Assembly (NCBI GenBank): GCA_964016885.1
Contig: OZ024742.1
Location: forward strand, 22,072,001 to 22,136,000
Length of the DNA stretch: 64,000 nucleotides
Origin: Eledone cirrhosa
Taxonomy: Eukaryota
Direction of reading: 5' to 3'
This document shows positions 50,451-64,000 of this stretch, one piece after another. Under the pieces are notes generated by a model. The model made no database searches and had not been told where the DNA came from. It saw only the letters and a list, made by a program, of their open reading frames with translations. The first letter of the stretch is position 1. Every line of letters starts with the position of its first letter. The position numbers and the translations under genes are program-made.

Positions 50451-51434
50451 TATGTTACATAGTGTGTGTTGGTAAAGTTGTGTTGTGTAGCCTGTGTTGT
50501 TAAAATTATGATGTCTGGTGTGTGATGGTGAAGAGGTGTTGTGTTGCATATGTGGTGTTCTCTACCATATGTAGTGTTGTGTAGTGTAATCTGTAGTGTT
50601 GTGTGCTAATAAAATTGTGCTGTGTAGTGTTTTGGTAAAATTGTGCTGTGTAGTGAGTATGTTGGTAAAATGGTGTTGATTAGTGTAATGTGTAGTATTG
50701 TGTAGTATGTTGGTAAAATTGTGCTGTGTAGTGTGTGTAGATAAAATTGTGTTATATAATGTGTGCGTTGTGTAGTGTGTAGGTAAAATTGTGCTGTGTT
50801 ATGTGTGTTATGTAATGTTGCGTAGTGTGTGTATTGGTAAAATTGTGCTATGTAGTGTGTTTATTGAGTCGTGTAATGTGTAGAGTTGTCTAGTGTGTAG
50901 TTGAAATTGTGCTGTGTGATGTACGTGTGTGGGTAAAATTATGTTGTGTATAGTGTGTGTAATATGTAGTGTATGTAGGTAAAATTGTGCTGTGTTGTGT
51001 AGTGTGTAGGTAAAATTGTTCTGTGTAGTGTGTGTGTTGGTAAAGTTATCTTCAAGAAGACGAAAAGAGTTACCAATCTCCTTCCTTTTATCCCATACAG
51101 GGAATTTTCTGACATTTATTTTTAATGTTTCATAGATTTCTGCCAAAATGATGTCAAAGGTTATGTATTTATTGAACATGACACCTAGACAAGGGGTCTC
51201 TAGAGAAACACCAATGAAGATGATGTCTTCACAAGAAATATTGAAGGGTTATTTTTTTCTCAATAAATTCATCAGATTTTTCTTTCTTTTATGGATAAAT
51301 TTCATTATTTCGGAATTTCTGGTGTTTAATTTCAAACTAATAATCCATCAATTTATTGATATTTTCTATGACAAGAGAATCAATCTTTAGAGTTTGGTAT
51401 TCTTAAAGTGATGTGGAATGTATCAAAAACTTGG

Positions 51435-51812
51435 CGACCAACAACCACCAACAACACCTCTACCAAAGTCACACCACCATCACCACCACCACTAAAAGCC
51501 ACACCAACACTACCAACACCAAAGCCAACAACATGACTATCACCGACACCACTATCGCCACCACCATCAACACCTCTACCAAAGTCACACCACCACCAAA
51601 AGCCACACCAACACTACCAACACCAAAGCCAACAACATGACTATCACTGACACCACTATCACCACCACCAACATCACCAACAACACCACCACCAAAAGCC
51701 ACACCAACACTACCAACACCAACAACATGACTATCACTGACACCACTATCACCACTACCAACAACACCTCTACCAAAGTCACACCACCATCACAACCACC
51801 ACCAAAAGCCAC
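51435..51812. repeat. ACC/AAC-rich higher-order repeat
   Basis: Repeated aaagccacaccaacactaccaacacc..catgactatcac. Confidence 0.85.
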
Positions 51813-52295
51813 ATTCCTATTTAACTTAAAGACATGACTTTATGCTTAAGAATAAGAATGTCAATTCCTAAATGGTTTGAACCAACGGGCCTGGTGTTCC
51901 GATACTGACAATGTTACATACCACTATTTACTACAGTTATTTGATGCTTTCACCTCACTGGGCTGTTGGCTTGATAGCCTAGACTGATGGCCTGGTGTTC
52001 TGATATTATCAATATACAACTTAACTACCCCAGTATGTGTCCTGTTACACACTTCTATTTACTATAGATATTTAATGCTTTGACCCTATCAATCTGGTAT
52101 TCCGATAATATCAATATTTCACTTTATCAAATTACTCCAGTATTTGTTTATGTAGGCCTACACACCTTTGTCTACTCAGTTATTTTCACCAGTTGTTTTA
52201 CATGTTTGCTTTAGTTTGGATATTTTGCTATGACATTGCTGTGATTTTTGGTCAGATCTGTATATTTTGTATCTTTTTTTCTTTTTATATGTTTA

Positions 52296-52632
52296 CTCTT
52301 GGGTCTCAAATAATCGTTGCCCCCCCCACCGCCTGCTTAATAATTTTTCAGATTTTTTCCAAACCCTCACTTTTTACATTCTGTTAATCTATTTCCAGCA
52401 AAATTTTGTTTTAAGTGATAGTAGTCCTGCAACAATTTTTTTTAGACATTAAAAAACATTATGCATGACAAAAAAATTACATTACTAAGTCCCATACATT
52501 ACAACTATGATGGGTTGGAGGTCTGAATATGTAAACTAAACGACTAATTCTGGTTTTTAAAGAAATCAACAGAGACAATCTAAAAACATTACCGATTTTC
52601 CAACCTACCCCCTATTATTTGGGACCTGAGTG
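52296..52632. mobile_element. Tc1/pogo-like MITE
   Basis: TA flanks; imperfect TIR ctcttgggtctcaaataat / attatttgggacctgagtg. Confidence 0.6.
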
Positions 52633-52689
52633 TAATTCTTAACATCCTGTACTACATGAAACTGCATTAACAAGATATTCTTGGAAAGT

Positions 52690-54630
52690 ATAAAACAACA
52701 CTATGGTTACATCATATTGAAAAACAATATATAACAACACTATGGCTACATCATATTGAAAACAAATAACAACACTATGGCTACATCATATTGAAAACAA
52801 ATAACAACACTATGACAACATCATATTGAAAAACAATATATAACAACACTATGGCTACATCACATTGAAAAACAATATATAACAACACTATGGCTACATC
52901 ATATTGAAAAACAATATATAACAACACTATGGCTACATCATATTGAAAAACAATATATAACAACACTATGACTGCATCATATTGAAAAACAATATATATC
53001 AACAGTACAACTGCATCATATTGAAAAACAATATATATCAACACTATGACTGCATCATATTGAAAAACAATATATATCAACAGTACGACTGCATCATATT
53101 GAAAAACAATATATAACAACACTATGACTGCATCATATTGAAAAACAATATATAACAACACTATGACTGCATCATATTGAAAAACAATATATAACAACAC
53201 TATGACTGCATCATATTGAAAAACAATATATAACAACACTATGACTACATCATATTGAAAAACAATATATAACAACACTATGACAACATCATATTGAAAA
53301 ACAATATATAACAACACTATGACTGCATCATATTGAAAAACAATATATAACAACACTATGACAACACCATATTGAAAAACAATATATAACACTATGACAA
53401 CATCATATTGAAAAACAATATATAACAACACTATGACATCACATTGAAAAACAATAAATAACAACACTATAAACAATACGCCCCCCCCCCCCCCCCCCCC
53501 CCCGCAAGGTGGTCGTGGAGGTGCCACGGCAAAAAAGCACCCAGCCCACACTGTAAAGTGGACGTGTAGGCGCCACGAAAAAGCACCCAGCACTCACTGT
53601 AAATGAGGTTGGTGTTAGGAAGGGCATCCAGCTGTAGAAATCAAGCCAGATCAGTTCCTGTATGAGCAAGGCATGGTCAGCCGACCAGACACTGCCCACA
53701 ACAGGACAACCCGTCTAACCCATGCTAGCGTGGAAGAACGGACGTAAAACGGTGATGATGATGATGATGACTATGGCTACATCATATTGAAAAACAATAT
53801 ATAACAACACTATGACTGCATCATATTGAAAACAAATAACAACACTATGGCTACATCACATTGAAAAACAATCTATAACAACACTGACATCACATTGAAA
53901 AACAATATATAACAACACTATGACTGCATCGTATTGAAAAATTGTATATAACAACACTATGACAACATCATATTGAAAAACGGTATATAACAACAGTACG
54001 ACTGCATCACATTGAAAAATAATATATAACAACACTATGACAACATCATATTGAAAAACAATATATAACAACACTATGGCTACATCATATTGAAAAACAA
54101 TATATAACAACACTATGACAACATCATATTGAAAAATAATATATAACAACACTATGACAACATCACATTGAAAAACAATATATAACAACACTATGACTGC
54201 ATCACTTTCTTAAAACTGCAAAACACCACCACTGCATCATATTGAAAAACAGTATAAACAGTACTATTACTGCATCACATTCTTGTAAAGTACAAAAAAC
54301 GCTATGAGTGCATCACATTGAAAAACAATACAAAACAATACTGACTGCATCACATAACAAAATAGCATAAAATAGTATTATGACTACATCAGTACAAAAC
54401 AGCACTATAACTGCATCACATTGAAACAGTCTTTACTCTAAATACTGCTAAGTTCTCCAACATTACAAAATAATAAAATACAGTATTACGACTGCATTAT
54501 ATTGAAAAACAGTAACAACAACACTACGACTGCATTACATTGAAAAACAATATAAACAGTACTATGACTGCATCACATTAAAAAACAGTTTTATGACTGC
54601 ATCACATTCTTGCTAAGTACAAAACAGCAC
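52690..54630. repeat. 39-bp minisatellite, interrupted by an RTE-B fragment
   Basis: aacaatatataacaacactatgactgcatcatattgaaa. Confidence 0.95.
53468..53770 (+). mobile_element. RTE family B 3' UTR fragment inserted in the minisatellite
   Basis: Nearly identical to 44167-44462. Confidence 0.9.
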
Positions 54631-56569
54631 ATTAGAAAATTAAAGTCTTTACACCCAAAACTGCAAAGTTTCCCAACAATTTGTCCAGTAGTAAATATAT
54701 TATAAATATTGGAATTAACAAATTACTAAATCATGACATGATGTTAAGATTTAATTGGTAAATATAATTTTTTCCATGATTTTTTTTTTTTTTTGCATGG
54801 GTGTGAGGGATGAAGGAGTGCACATGTAGCAGAATTCCAGGATTCAAGTGGTTGACTTCTTCAATTACTTACTATTATATAGTTCCTGGCAATACTGGAG
54901 CACTCCAACTACTAACATTACAATGATAACAAAAGCAACAACAACAACAATCATCATGTATGTGTGTTTATATCATTACACATTTCACTAAGAATTGGCA
55001 GAGACATTAGAACATCAGATAGAATGCTTTGTGATATTTATTCTGGCTCTCTGAGTTCAAATCCTGCCATGGTCAACTTTGCCTTTCACCCTTTCAAAGT
55101 TGATTAAAAAAAAAAATACCAGTCTGGTAGTGAGGGCAATTCTTCCACTCTTTCTGTCTCTCTCCTTCTCTGGAAGTAATCTGCTGTACTCAGGCCTGGA
55201 GAGGATTAGGGCTCCATCAGATTTAAGAATGTTCAAGAAACACTCCTACGACTCCATCAGGAGTCACAAGACCACAACACACCACACCACACCACACCAC
55301 ACCACATTATACCATAGCACATTTCACAATAGTAGTTTACATTTCACATCATACAATTGACAGATCTTACTAAACACCAAACACTAGAAATGTGAGAGTT
55401 GGAATAAATACCAAGGAATAAATACCACCAATAGTCTTCTTCATTCAATTGTAGATATTGACTTTAGATTGAAAGTAGAAAGTTAAAATGTCATTTGGGA
55501 ACTGAAATGGAATAAGATTATCCAATTCTTGTCTAACTTCATTTTCCTATTCAATTTTTTTTTTTTTTTCATTTTATTCCCAACAGAGGTGAGAATAATA
55601 AAAGAGAAATAATTAAAACATGAGTCGTAAAAATAATAAAATGGAAATAAAGTGTAACATCACCCACAGACACTGAAGAATTTCCAGAAATTTCAATAAA
55701 TAGTAGACAGTGTTTAGTACAGACTTGTAGCATTGTATATCATAGAGATATGACACTGGCTGCCCAAGCTGTGTCAATGAGAAGACACATGGAGACATAC
55801 TCATACAGGTATATACACACACTCAATCACTCACACATACACACTGACATACAAACACACACACGTGCACCGAGCCTTACACAGCCAGTGTGAAAGAATA
55901 AATTGGATAAGAGGTTAACACAGACATGGCTGTGTGGTTAGAAAGTTCACTATACAATCACATGGCTTTGAGTTTCATCTCACTACTGGCCTCTTGGGGC
56001 AAGTGCCTCTTTGACTATAGCTTCAGGCTGGTGAATGAAATTTGCTCAGAATAGGCCCATTCACACGGGTCATTCTCGCCACATTCACCCAAAGAATGCT
56101 TTTTTTTATTGACCAAAAAAGGTTTACAAAATATATATTAACCTTTTAACATTTAAACCAGCCATTTCTGGCCAGAATTCTCTCACCTCTTTCCGTTCAA
56201 ACTGGTTGCAACTGGCCACTCATACTGATGTTAAGGTATTATTCTTAAAATAAATAATACCAAAATCTCATAGATTTGATATTATGTGAGATAATTACGT
56301 GAGGTAAAGCCTTTACCACAAAAATAATACAATATATATAGAGTAATGTTAAGGACAACACAGGATGGGACACAATGTGGATTTCTGCTTTTGTAAAAAT
56401 GAGCATAAAACATAACACAGTCACATTGTTGTTGATAGCTCCCTAACTGAAACATCCAGATGGTTTATCATCTGTCGTAGATTTACAAAAATGAACCATA
56501 ATAATAACCAGATTAATTCAATTACACACACCTATTGTATTACACCTATTGTATTACATATACTAATTA

Positions 56570-56752
56570 ATTGTTTCTATTTTAGGAACAAGGCCAGCAA
56601 TTACGCAGTACATTGCAGGTACTTTTATTTTATCGACCCCGTAGGATGAAAGGCAAAGTTAACCTCGGTGGGATTTGAACTCAGATCATAAAGGGACGTA
56701 ACTCTATGCTTCAAAGCATGGTGTCCGACTCTTTACCGATACTGCCAATCCA
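56570..56752 (-). mobile_element. Nin-like tRNA SINE (older copies about 54995-55125 plus, 58660-58800 minus, 45650-45750 minus)
   Basis: Family match. Confidence 0.75.
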
Positions 56753-57284
56753 ATACTAATTAATATATTGCAAACAGTTGTTATATTTCATACAGTAGAT
56801 ATTATTATCATTATTTCATGGAATTGATGACAGGATTAACAAACTGTGAGAAGTTTTTAACGTGTATACGTGTGGGAGTATATGTGTGCATGTATGTAGA
56901 CATGTGAGACTGCATATATAATTAAGTATATATTTATATGAGTATATGATATATATATATATATATACACACACTTTTAAACTTACATATACACACACAT
57001 ATACTCTTAGTTTCATATGACAAATAAACACACAAACATGTGCACATGTACATGCTCTATATACAAAACGATTTTTTGTTCCTTTTAAGTTAGCCATGTT
57101 TGATCACCACCTTTTAAAACAAGATCGTTTTACACAACAACACCATCAACAACAAATTTCCAAGAGATGGCAACGTGAATAGACCTGTTTTTTCTCTAGA
57201 GGATTTTTCTTTTGATTTTTTTTTTTGTTTCTGCCACTTCCCAGTCTGCTCTATCTTTCTATTTCTTCTCTAATTTTTCATTCT

Positions 57285-57324
57285 ATGTTCTGATGAAAGA
57301 CTAGCGTCTGAAACGTTAAGACAC
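57285..57324 (+). ncRNA. Minimal hammerhead motif, short stem II family
   Basis: CTGATGA-aagac tagc gtct-GAAACGTTA; downstream sequence homologous to that of the 44561 motif; stem I weak. Confidence 0.6.
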
Positions 57325-59040
57325 TTTTCCAACTATTTCAAGCATAAAACATAATATATTTCTTCATTGTACTGTGTTGTTTGCTTTGTTATTTCGGTTT
57401 GCCTTTTGCATATATATATATTTATATATCAGAGTGTGTGTGAATGTGTGATTGCATATATGTGAGTGGGAGGGTGTTGTGTGTGTACATGTGCACATGC
57501 ATGTGTGAATATGTGTATATATGCATGTGTATATTTATTATCTGTACCTACACTAATCTATATCCAGGCTAATCTGTGAACATTCACCACTTAATCTCTA
57601 CATCTTCATCGTTTTAACACCTCCATCACCAACACCACCACCACAACCTCCATCATCACCACAACCTCCTCCAGCACCTCTTCCATCACCATCAGCACTA
57701 CCACCATCATCATTGATTAATTTGAAAATATGAAATCAGTCAACTTACAAAGACAGCAGTCAGGATATATTTCACACAAGTGAACTACCATACAACCCTG
57801 ACATACTACTAACATGACAGTTTAATTCAGCTTTAAAGGGTTGACTATTGAGTTTTTCCTACCAGAACAGTCCTGCATCAACTACTTCTGGTACTAATTG
57901 AAGAGGAAAGTCAAGAGAGAGAGAAAGAGAGTGAGGGGAGGGAGAGGTGTTGTCCTTCAGTAAAGCTTATGAAAGGTAGTAGGTGACAAATTAGAACAGT
58001 GGTTGCTTCTTTTTTATTTAAATGTAAGCCGGATGGGAAATCCTCATCGTTTAACGTCTATTTTTCCACGCTAGCATGGGTTAGACAAGTTGTCCCATTA
58101 TGAGAGAAGCTAGATCCCATTACCATGTCTTGCTTATACAGAACTATTTCTAGCTTGATCTCTACGGATGGATGTCCTTCCTAATGTCAACCACATTTAC
58201 AGTGTGCACTGCGTGCTTTTTATTGTGGGCCCCAAAATGACCACTTTACAGTGTGGACTGGGCACTTTTTGTTGTGACACCTACATGACCATTTTACAGT
58301 AATGTTTTTTGCCATGTCACTGTAACAACCACTTTACAGTGTGGACTGGGTGCTTTTTGTCATTTCACCAAAATGACCACTTTACAGTGTGAATAGGGTA
58401 TCTTTTGTCATGACACCAACATGACCACTTTACTGTGTGGAGTGGGCACTTTATAACATGACACAAAAACAACCACTTTATAGGGCGGAATGGTCACATT
58501 TTGTCATGGCACTAACATGATCACTTTATGCTTTTGATATGTCATGAGCCAAAGTAAATATAAAAAGAATTAAACTATGATCATACATGGCAAGAAAAAC
58601 AGCTTTTTTTTTTTATTTATGTTAATGTTTTTCATTATAAGTATTTCATTGAATTCTAGTTGAGGCACAAGACTAGCAAATTTAAAGGAAAGTCAAAAAT
58701 GATTAAATTTACCTCAGTACTTGACTGGTACTGTATTTTATCGACCCTGAAACGATGAACAGTAAAGTTGACCTTGGTGGAATTTGAACTCAGAATGTAA
58801 AGAGACATACCAAAAACCAAAATGGCTTTTTATATAATGCTATTGTGGCATTTATTCTGACTCTGTACATTCTGAATTCAAATTCCACAAGGTAAATATT
58901 GTCTTTCACCATTCCAGGGTCAAAGAAATAAGGCATTAGTCAAGACCGGGTGATGTGTTGTTTCCTTGATATAATCGATGTTCTCTCTTCCATAAATTGT
59001 TGACCTTTTACCCAAATCAGAAATCATTACAAGCAGTTTA

Positions 59041-59232
59041 GGGTGGTGGATTGGCAGTATCGGTAGAAGGTCAGACACCATGCTTTCCAGCATAGAGTTA
59101 CGTCCCTTCACAGTCTGAGTTCAAATCCCGCCAAGGTTAACTTTGCCTTTCATCCTTACAGGGTCGATAAAATAAAGTACCAGTAATGCACTGAGATAAT
59201 TGCTGGCCTTGTGTCAAAAATAGAAACAATTA
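59041..59232 (+). mobile_element. Nin-like tRNA SINE
   Basis: Family match. Confidence 0.8.
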
Positions 59233-59599
59233 TAAGCAGTTTAGCATAGGTACAACAAAATAAATGCTTTTCATATAAAGAAGAGCCATAATATCGTTGA
59301 GCTGTTTTGATGGTCTTAATCGATATGGTATTACATAATACATGGTTTATATACTGTGATAGACTGGGATCCTGTCAAGGGGAGAGTCTTGTACTCTCAA
59401 TCACTTAATGCAACGGAAACCAGGATAAACACCAGTCTGATGAGCTTCCGAGCTCATGAAAGACTTTAGACTTTTTTTTTTTAGATAACCAATACTGTAG
59501 CCTCTGGTCACTCACTACAGCTCTAGACTGGCTACACAAATAAAAAAAATAAAACTAAATGCAAAAGAACAACAAAAACAATTTTATATACATATACAT

Positions 59600-59981
59600 G
59601 GAGGCACATGGCTTAGTGGTTAGAGTATTGGGCTTGCAATCGAAAGGTTGTGAGTTCAATCGCAGACCGGGTGATGTGTTGTTTCCTTGAGCAAGACACT
59701 TTATTTCACATTGCTCCAGTTTACTCAGCTGTAGAAATGAGATGATAGGACTGGAGTCCCTATCATTCCACTGCAAAGTGGTCATGGAGGTGCCACAGCA
59801 AAATAGCACCCAGCCCACACTGTAAAGTGGACATGTAGGCACCACAGAAAAAAGCACCCAGCACTCACTGTAAATGAGGTTGGTGTTAGGAAGGGCATCC
59901 AGCTGTAGAAATCAAGCCAGAATCAGTTCCCATCCCACCCTTGCAAGCAGGGAAAAGCGGACATAAAATGATGATGATGAT
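59600..59981 (+). mobile_element. tRNA/CORE-like SINE with RTE tail, full length
   Basis: Family match to 22212-22571. Confidence 0.9.
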
Positions 59982-60467
59982 CTACAACATGTAATTTCAC
60001 AGACATATCCAACCCATTTCAACAAAGAGAAGCTGATTATAGAGAAAGAAAATAAGAAAAATTATCAGGAAACACAAAATACTAAAAGGAATTTGATTTA
60101 TCAATAGAAAACTATTTAAAATCTTTAAAAAAAAAGGAAAATGATATTATGAAAAAAGTATGGTTATTCTAAAAGCACCATCATCTCTGTTTTTGCGAGC
60201 CTGAGATTTCAAAAAACCAAAAACTGAAAGAGATATCTATTAAATCATGCTGAGATAACTTATGGGAAAAAACAAAAACTATAGCAGAGTATATATATAA
60301 AAACAGTCACACACACACACATATATATATACACATATTTACATACATATATATATATTTATAATTATATATATAAATATATACACATAAACACATACAC
60401 ATGTATATATACATATATATCTATAAGTATGTATATATATAAATATATACACATTTACACACATATA

Positions 60468-60539
<72 letters not shown>

Positions 60540-61396
60540 TAAACAAGAAAAACAAACAGCCAAGAAGAGACAATAGAGAGAGTTGATATATCGAGAAGTT
60601 GGAACCATAAAACAGATGAATGATGGCAATAAATTCAGGGTTTAATATCTGTTAATGGAACATATAGGTGGATGAGAAAGATCTGTTTGTAGAAGTAAAA
60701 ACAATGAGAGTAAATGAATGAGAGTGAGAGGGAAGGGAAGAGGATGGTGTTCAATAAACAGTTAAATGTCAGTCCATCATTTTTTAATAATCAATATCAA
60801 TCATTATTCTTTTCCTCTTTGTCATTGTCATCATCGTTAACATCATCATTATATATTGTCACAACCATGAACTGGTCTATTCAAAAAGTAACAATCACAT
60901 TTTCCCTTTCTATTCTTTGCTATCTCAGTAAGGTGAATGTTGACGTCTACAATCTGTAACCAGCTCTAAATACCTATTATATCCAGCATTAAATACCAGT
61001 TATGTCATCATCATCATTACTGTTTAATATCCATTATCCATGCTAGTATGGGTTAGATGAGTTGTCCTGACATTGCAAGACAAGTTAGATCTGGTAACTG
61101 TGTCTTGCTCATTTAGAACTGTTTCTGGCTTGGTTTCTACAGCTGAATGACCTTACTAACAGCAACTCGCTTGGTTTCTAAAGCATGGACTGAATACATA
61201 AGAACCCATAAACAGCACTAAATACCAGTTATATCTAACACTAATTATAAAATGTGTAATCAGCACTAATTACATCATCATCGTTTAACATCTATCTTCC
61301 ATGCAGCTTTTATACCAATTTTATCTAACAATAATTTAATAGCAATCTATAAACAGCTGGAAATACCAGCAATACATAGACTATAACCAGCTTTAA

Positions 61397-61587
61397 CCTT
61401 TTAGCATTTAAACTGGCCATATCTGGCCAGAATTCTCTCACCACCTCCTGTTCAAACCGGTCATAATTGGCATCTCATACCTACATTAAGTTATTGTTCT
61501 CAAAATAAATAACATTGAAATCTCGTAGATAAAGCCTTTACTGTGAAAATATAATAGTAAATATAGAGTAATGTAAATGCTAAATGG
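61397..61587. mobile_element. piggyBac-like MITE
   Basis: TTAA flanks, degenerate CCTTTTAGCATTTA TIRs. Confidence 0.75.
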
Positions 61588-61685
61588 TTAAGCCTTTTGC
61601 TACACAACCACCTGGAACCACTCCTGGTCTTATATTACAGTCTTTAATCAACACCAAATAGTTTACACAGAGCCTGGAATGCTTT

Positions 61686-62100
61686 GGGCCTTCTCTGATG
61701 ACAAAAAACTTTGATCAAGACCGCGATGTCAACCAAATATTCTGGCAAATGTGATGGTTCCGGAAGTCATGAGCAATAATGGAGATGTAATGCCTCCTCA
61801 CTTCTTTCCTCGGGTTTAAGGGTCAATGTAACTGATTATAAGGAGGTGTTGGAAAGAGTTTTGGCTAGAGAACATGAGCAAAGGAGGACCTTACACCTAC
61901 CAACAAGACTGTGCTGTCTCAGAAGGTAACCCAAGAACATATGAGTTACAATCTCCATGATCACATTACCCAGTCATATGGCCTCCTAGCTATCCAGCTA
62001 GGAATCCATAAGACTACTAAATATGAGGCGTAATTGAGATTGAAGACAATCAAAGCCTCCATAACACTCTAAAATCTGTTTAGTCTGCCATTACTAGCAC
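61686..62100 (+). pseudogene. Tc1/mariner superfamily (maT/DD37D-like) transposase relic
   Basis: Frameshifted WAFSDDK, ANVMV..VMSNNGDVMPPHFF, PYTYQQD, WPPSYPARNP*DY. Confidence 0.75.
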
Positions 62101-62371
62101 AATATCTATATATGCTGAACATTAATGTAATTATATCCCAGAAATAAATTATTAAAACGTTAGTCTTATCTTTAATCATTTTTATGTGTCATTAATCAAT
62201 ATAAACATAAACTGTAGGACATCTCTTATGCAAAACATTAATTTATGAAAACAAATTTCTCCCTTTTGTATGACCACTCATATATCCAGAAATCCTGCTA
62301 TATATGACGCACCAATCACTGACTACAAAAATAAAATATATTCATCACTATTACCGTCATTATTACTGGGA

Positions 62372-62565
62372 AGGCGGTGGATTGGCAGTATCGGTAGAGG
62401 GTCGGACGCCATGCTTTGATGCATAGAGTTACGGCCCTTGCCGTTCTGAGTTCAAATCCCGCCGAGGTTAACTTTGCCTTTCATCCATACGGGGTCGATA
62501 AAATAAAGTACCAGTAATGTACTGGGTAATTGCTGGCCTTGTGCCAAAAGTAGAAACAATTATTA
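62372..62565 (+). mobile_element. Nin-like tRNA SINE, young-looking copy
   Basis: Family match, intact B box. Confidence 0.85.
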
Positions 62566-62799
62566 CAAGGAAGGGTTCATTTCTATACTATATAACATGT
62601 ATTTTTTTATCACAGTTGTTGTAAACTATATACAACTAGCAGCTATGTTATGTTATTTGCATGCTTCAATAAAAGTATTTGAGAAAATAACATGTTACAC
62701 CCAAACCAAGGTTGACATACTTTAATTATATTACATATTACACAAGTGATTCACACTTTAATATCACAGCACTTATATATATATATGTGTGTATGTATG

Positions 62800-62907
<108 letters not shown>

Positions 62908-63336
62908 TCATATATATACATACATAAAGACATAAATACACACACACGCATATATATATATATATATATATACACAAACACACACACACACATGTATATA
63001 TACACATATAAATGTATATATATAGACATACATACAAACATATACACATGCTGGCTTGGAAACATGGCCAAAAAACAGTGATGATGATGATGATACAGGC
63101 AGGCACACACACACACACACACACACACATACCTACATACATGTTAACAGGGTGTTGATAGTTCTTATCTTTCATTAAGTCAAAATATATATACTCAACT
63201 TCCACATGCAACAGTGTGTGTGTATATCTGTCTGTGTGTCTGTGTGTACGTGTATCTGTCTGTGCATGTGTGTGTATTTAGTATGTAAGACCATGGATGA
63301 AACCTTCAGTAAACACATCATTACAGACATCTAGAC

Positions 63337-63480
63337 CAAAGGTTCTCAACGGCGGGGGGGGGGGGCATATGCACCCCCCAGGGAGCGTTTGGGAACTCCG
63401 GGGGCGGGGGGGGGGGGGGGGCGTGTTGGAACAAGGGGGCATCAGGGGGGCGCCAAGGGGGCAGTGGAAGGCTCTTTACT
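63337..63480 (+). mobile_element. hAT (Charlie-like) left end
   Basis: tctagac followed by CAAAGGTTCTCAAC and a G-rich subterminal region. Confidence 0.5.
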
Positions 63481-63822
63481 TTGGTAAGTTTTATAAGCCA
63501 TATTTGTATGTCTCTGAGACAGCCAGTGTGAATGCATTTGAATGAGCATGCAGACTGTAAGCAGGTGTGCAGGCGTGTCTAAACATTAACCGGCAATTGA
63601 GATCCTAAAAATGGAAAAAACCCACAGTCAACTGAGTCAAGGACACTTTGAGCGCAGCCAGTTAGAATCTTGTCTTTGTTTCACCGATAACAATGTATTC
63701 CATGTCTGAAATTATTAACTCAACTGTAACGAGTTAACACTATGTAGATCTATTTTATTCCCTATTGTATAAATAATATTACAAATAAAAAAAGAAAAGA
63801 AAAAACACAAAAGTGGGTAGCC

Positions 63823-64000
63823 CACACATCTAGGACCACATACAACACATAATCAGATAATACACACATCTAGGAATACATACAACACATAAGCAAGTAA
63901 TACACACATCTAGGACCACATACAACTCATAATCAGGTAGCACACACATCTAGGACCCCATACAACACAATCAGATAATACACACATCTAGGACTACATA
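63823..64000. repeat. 40-bp minisatellite running off the window
   Basis: acacacatctaggaccacatacaacacataatcagataat. Confidence 0.9.

Noticed and set aside
47620-51180. CR1-like peptide fragments on either side of the 32-bp satellite
   Set aside because: Similarity too weak to call
52781-54191. ORFs with IVLLYIVFQYDAV repeats
   Set aside because: Translation of a 39-bp minisatellite joined to an RTE UTR
59355-59470. CTGATGAG..GAAA as a hammerhead (also about 44018)
   Set aside because: No proper stem I/III; context gaaacc..gataa..ctgatgagc..agacttt resembles a decayed V/Meta-type SINE 3' part

Overview
AT-rich, repeat-dense eukaryotic DNA; the SINE/RTE/(CAT)n/(TA)n landscape suggests an octopus-like mollusc (inference). 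One host gene can be rebuilt on the minus strand from GT-AG exons with matching phases (28434-28389, 26035-26000, 24954-24849, 21676-20560, probably 1303-1034/1054). It encodes a Rab11-FIP-like N-terminal C2 domain followed by a Sec5/EXOC2-like IPT/TIG domain and a Ser-rich region. The rest is mobile DNA: several RTE-clade LINE families (one near-full-length copy, with a PHD finger inserted inside the RT), tRNA-derived CORE-like and Nin-like SINEs, non-autonomous Helitrons, piggyBac/Tc1/hAT MITEs, a maT transposase relic, CR1 and Penelope-like relics, and satellites. The most striking unannotated signal is about ten minimal type I hammerhead ribozyme motifs in short, often fold-back elements, many of them next to (TA)n tracts; one lies at the 3' end of a Penelope-like endonuclease relic. 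All calls are by eye; repeat boundaries are approximate.
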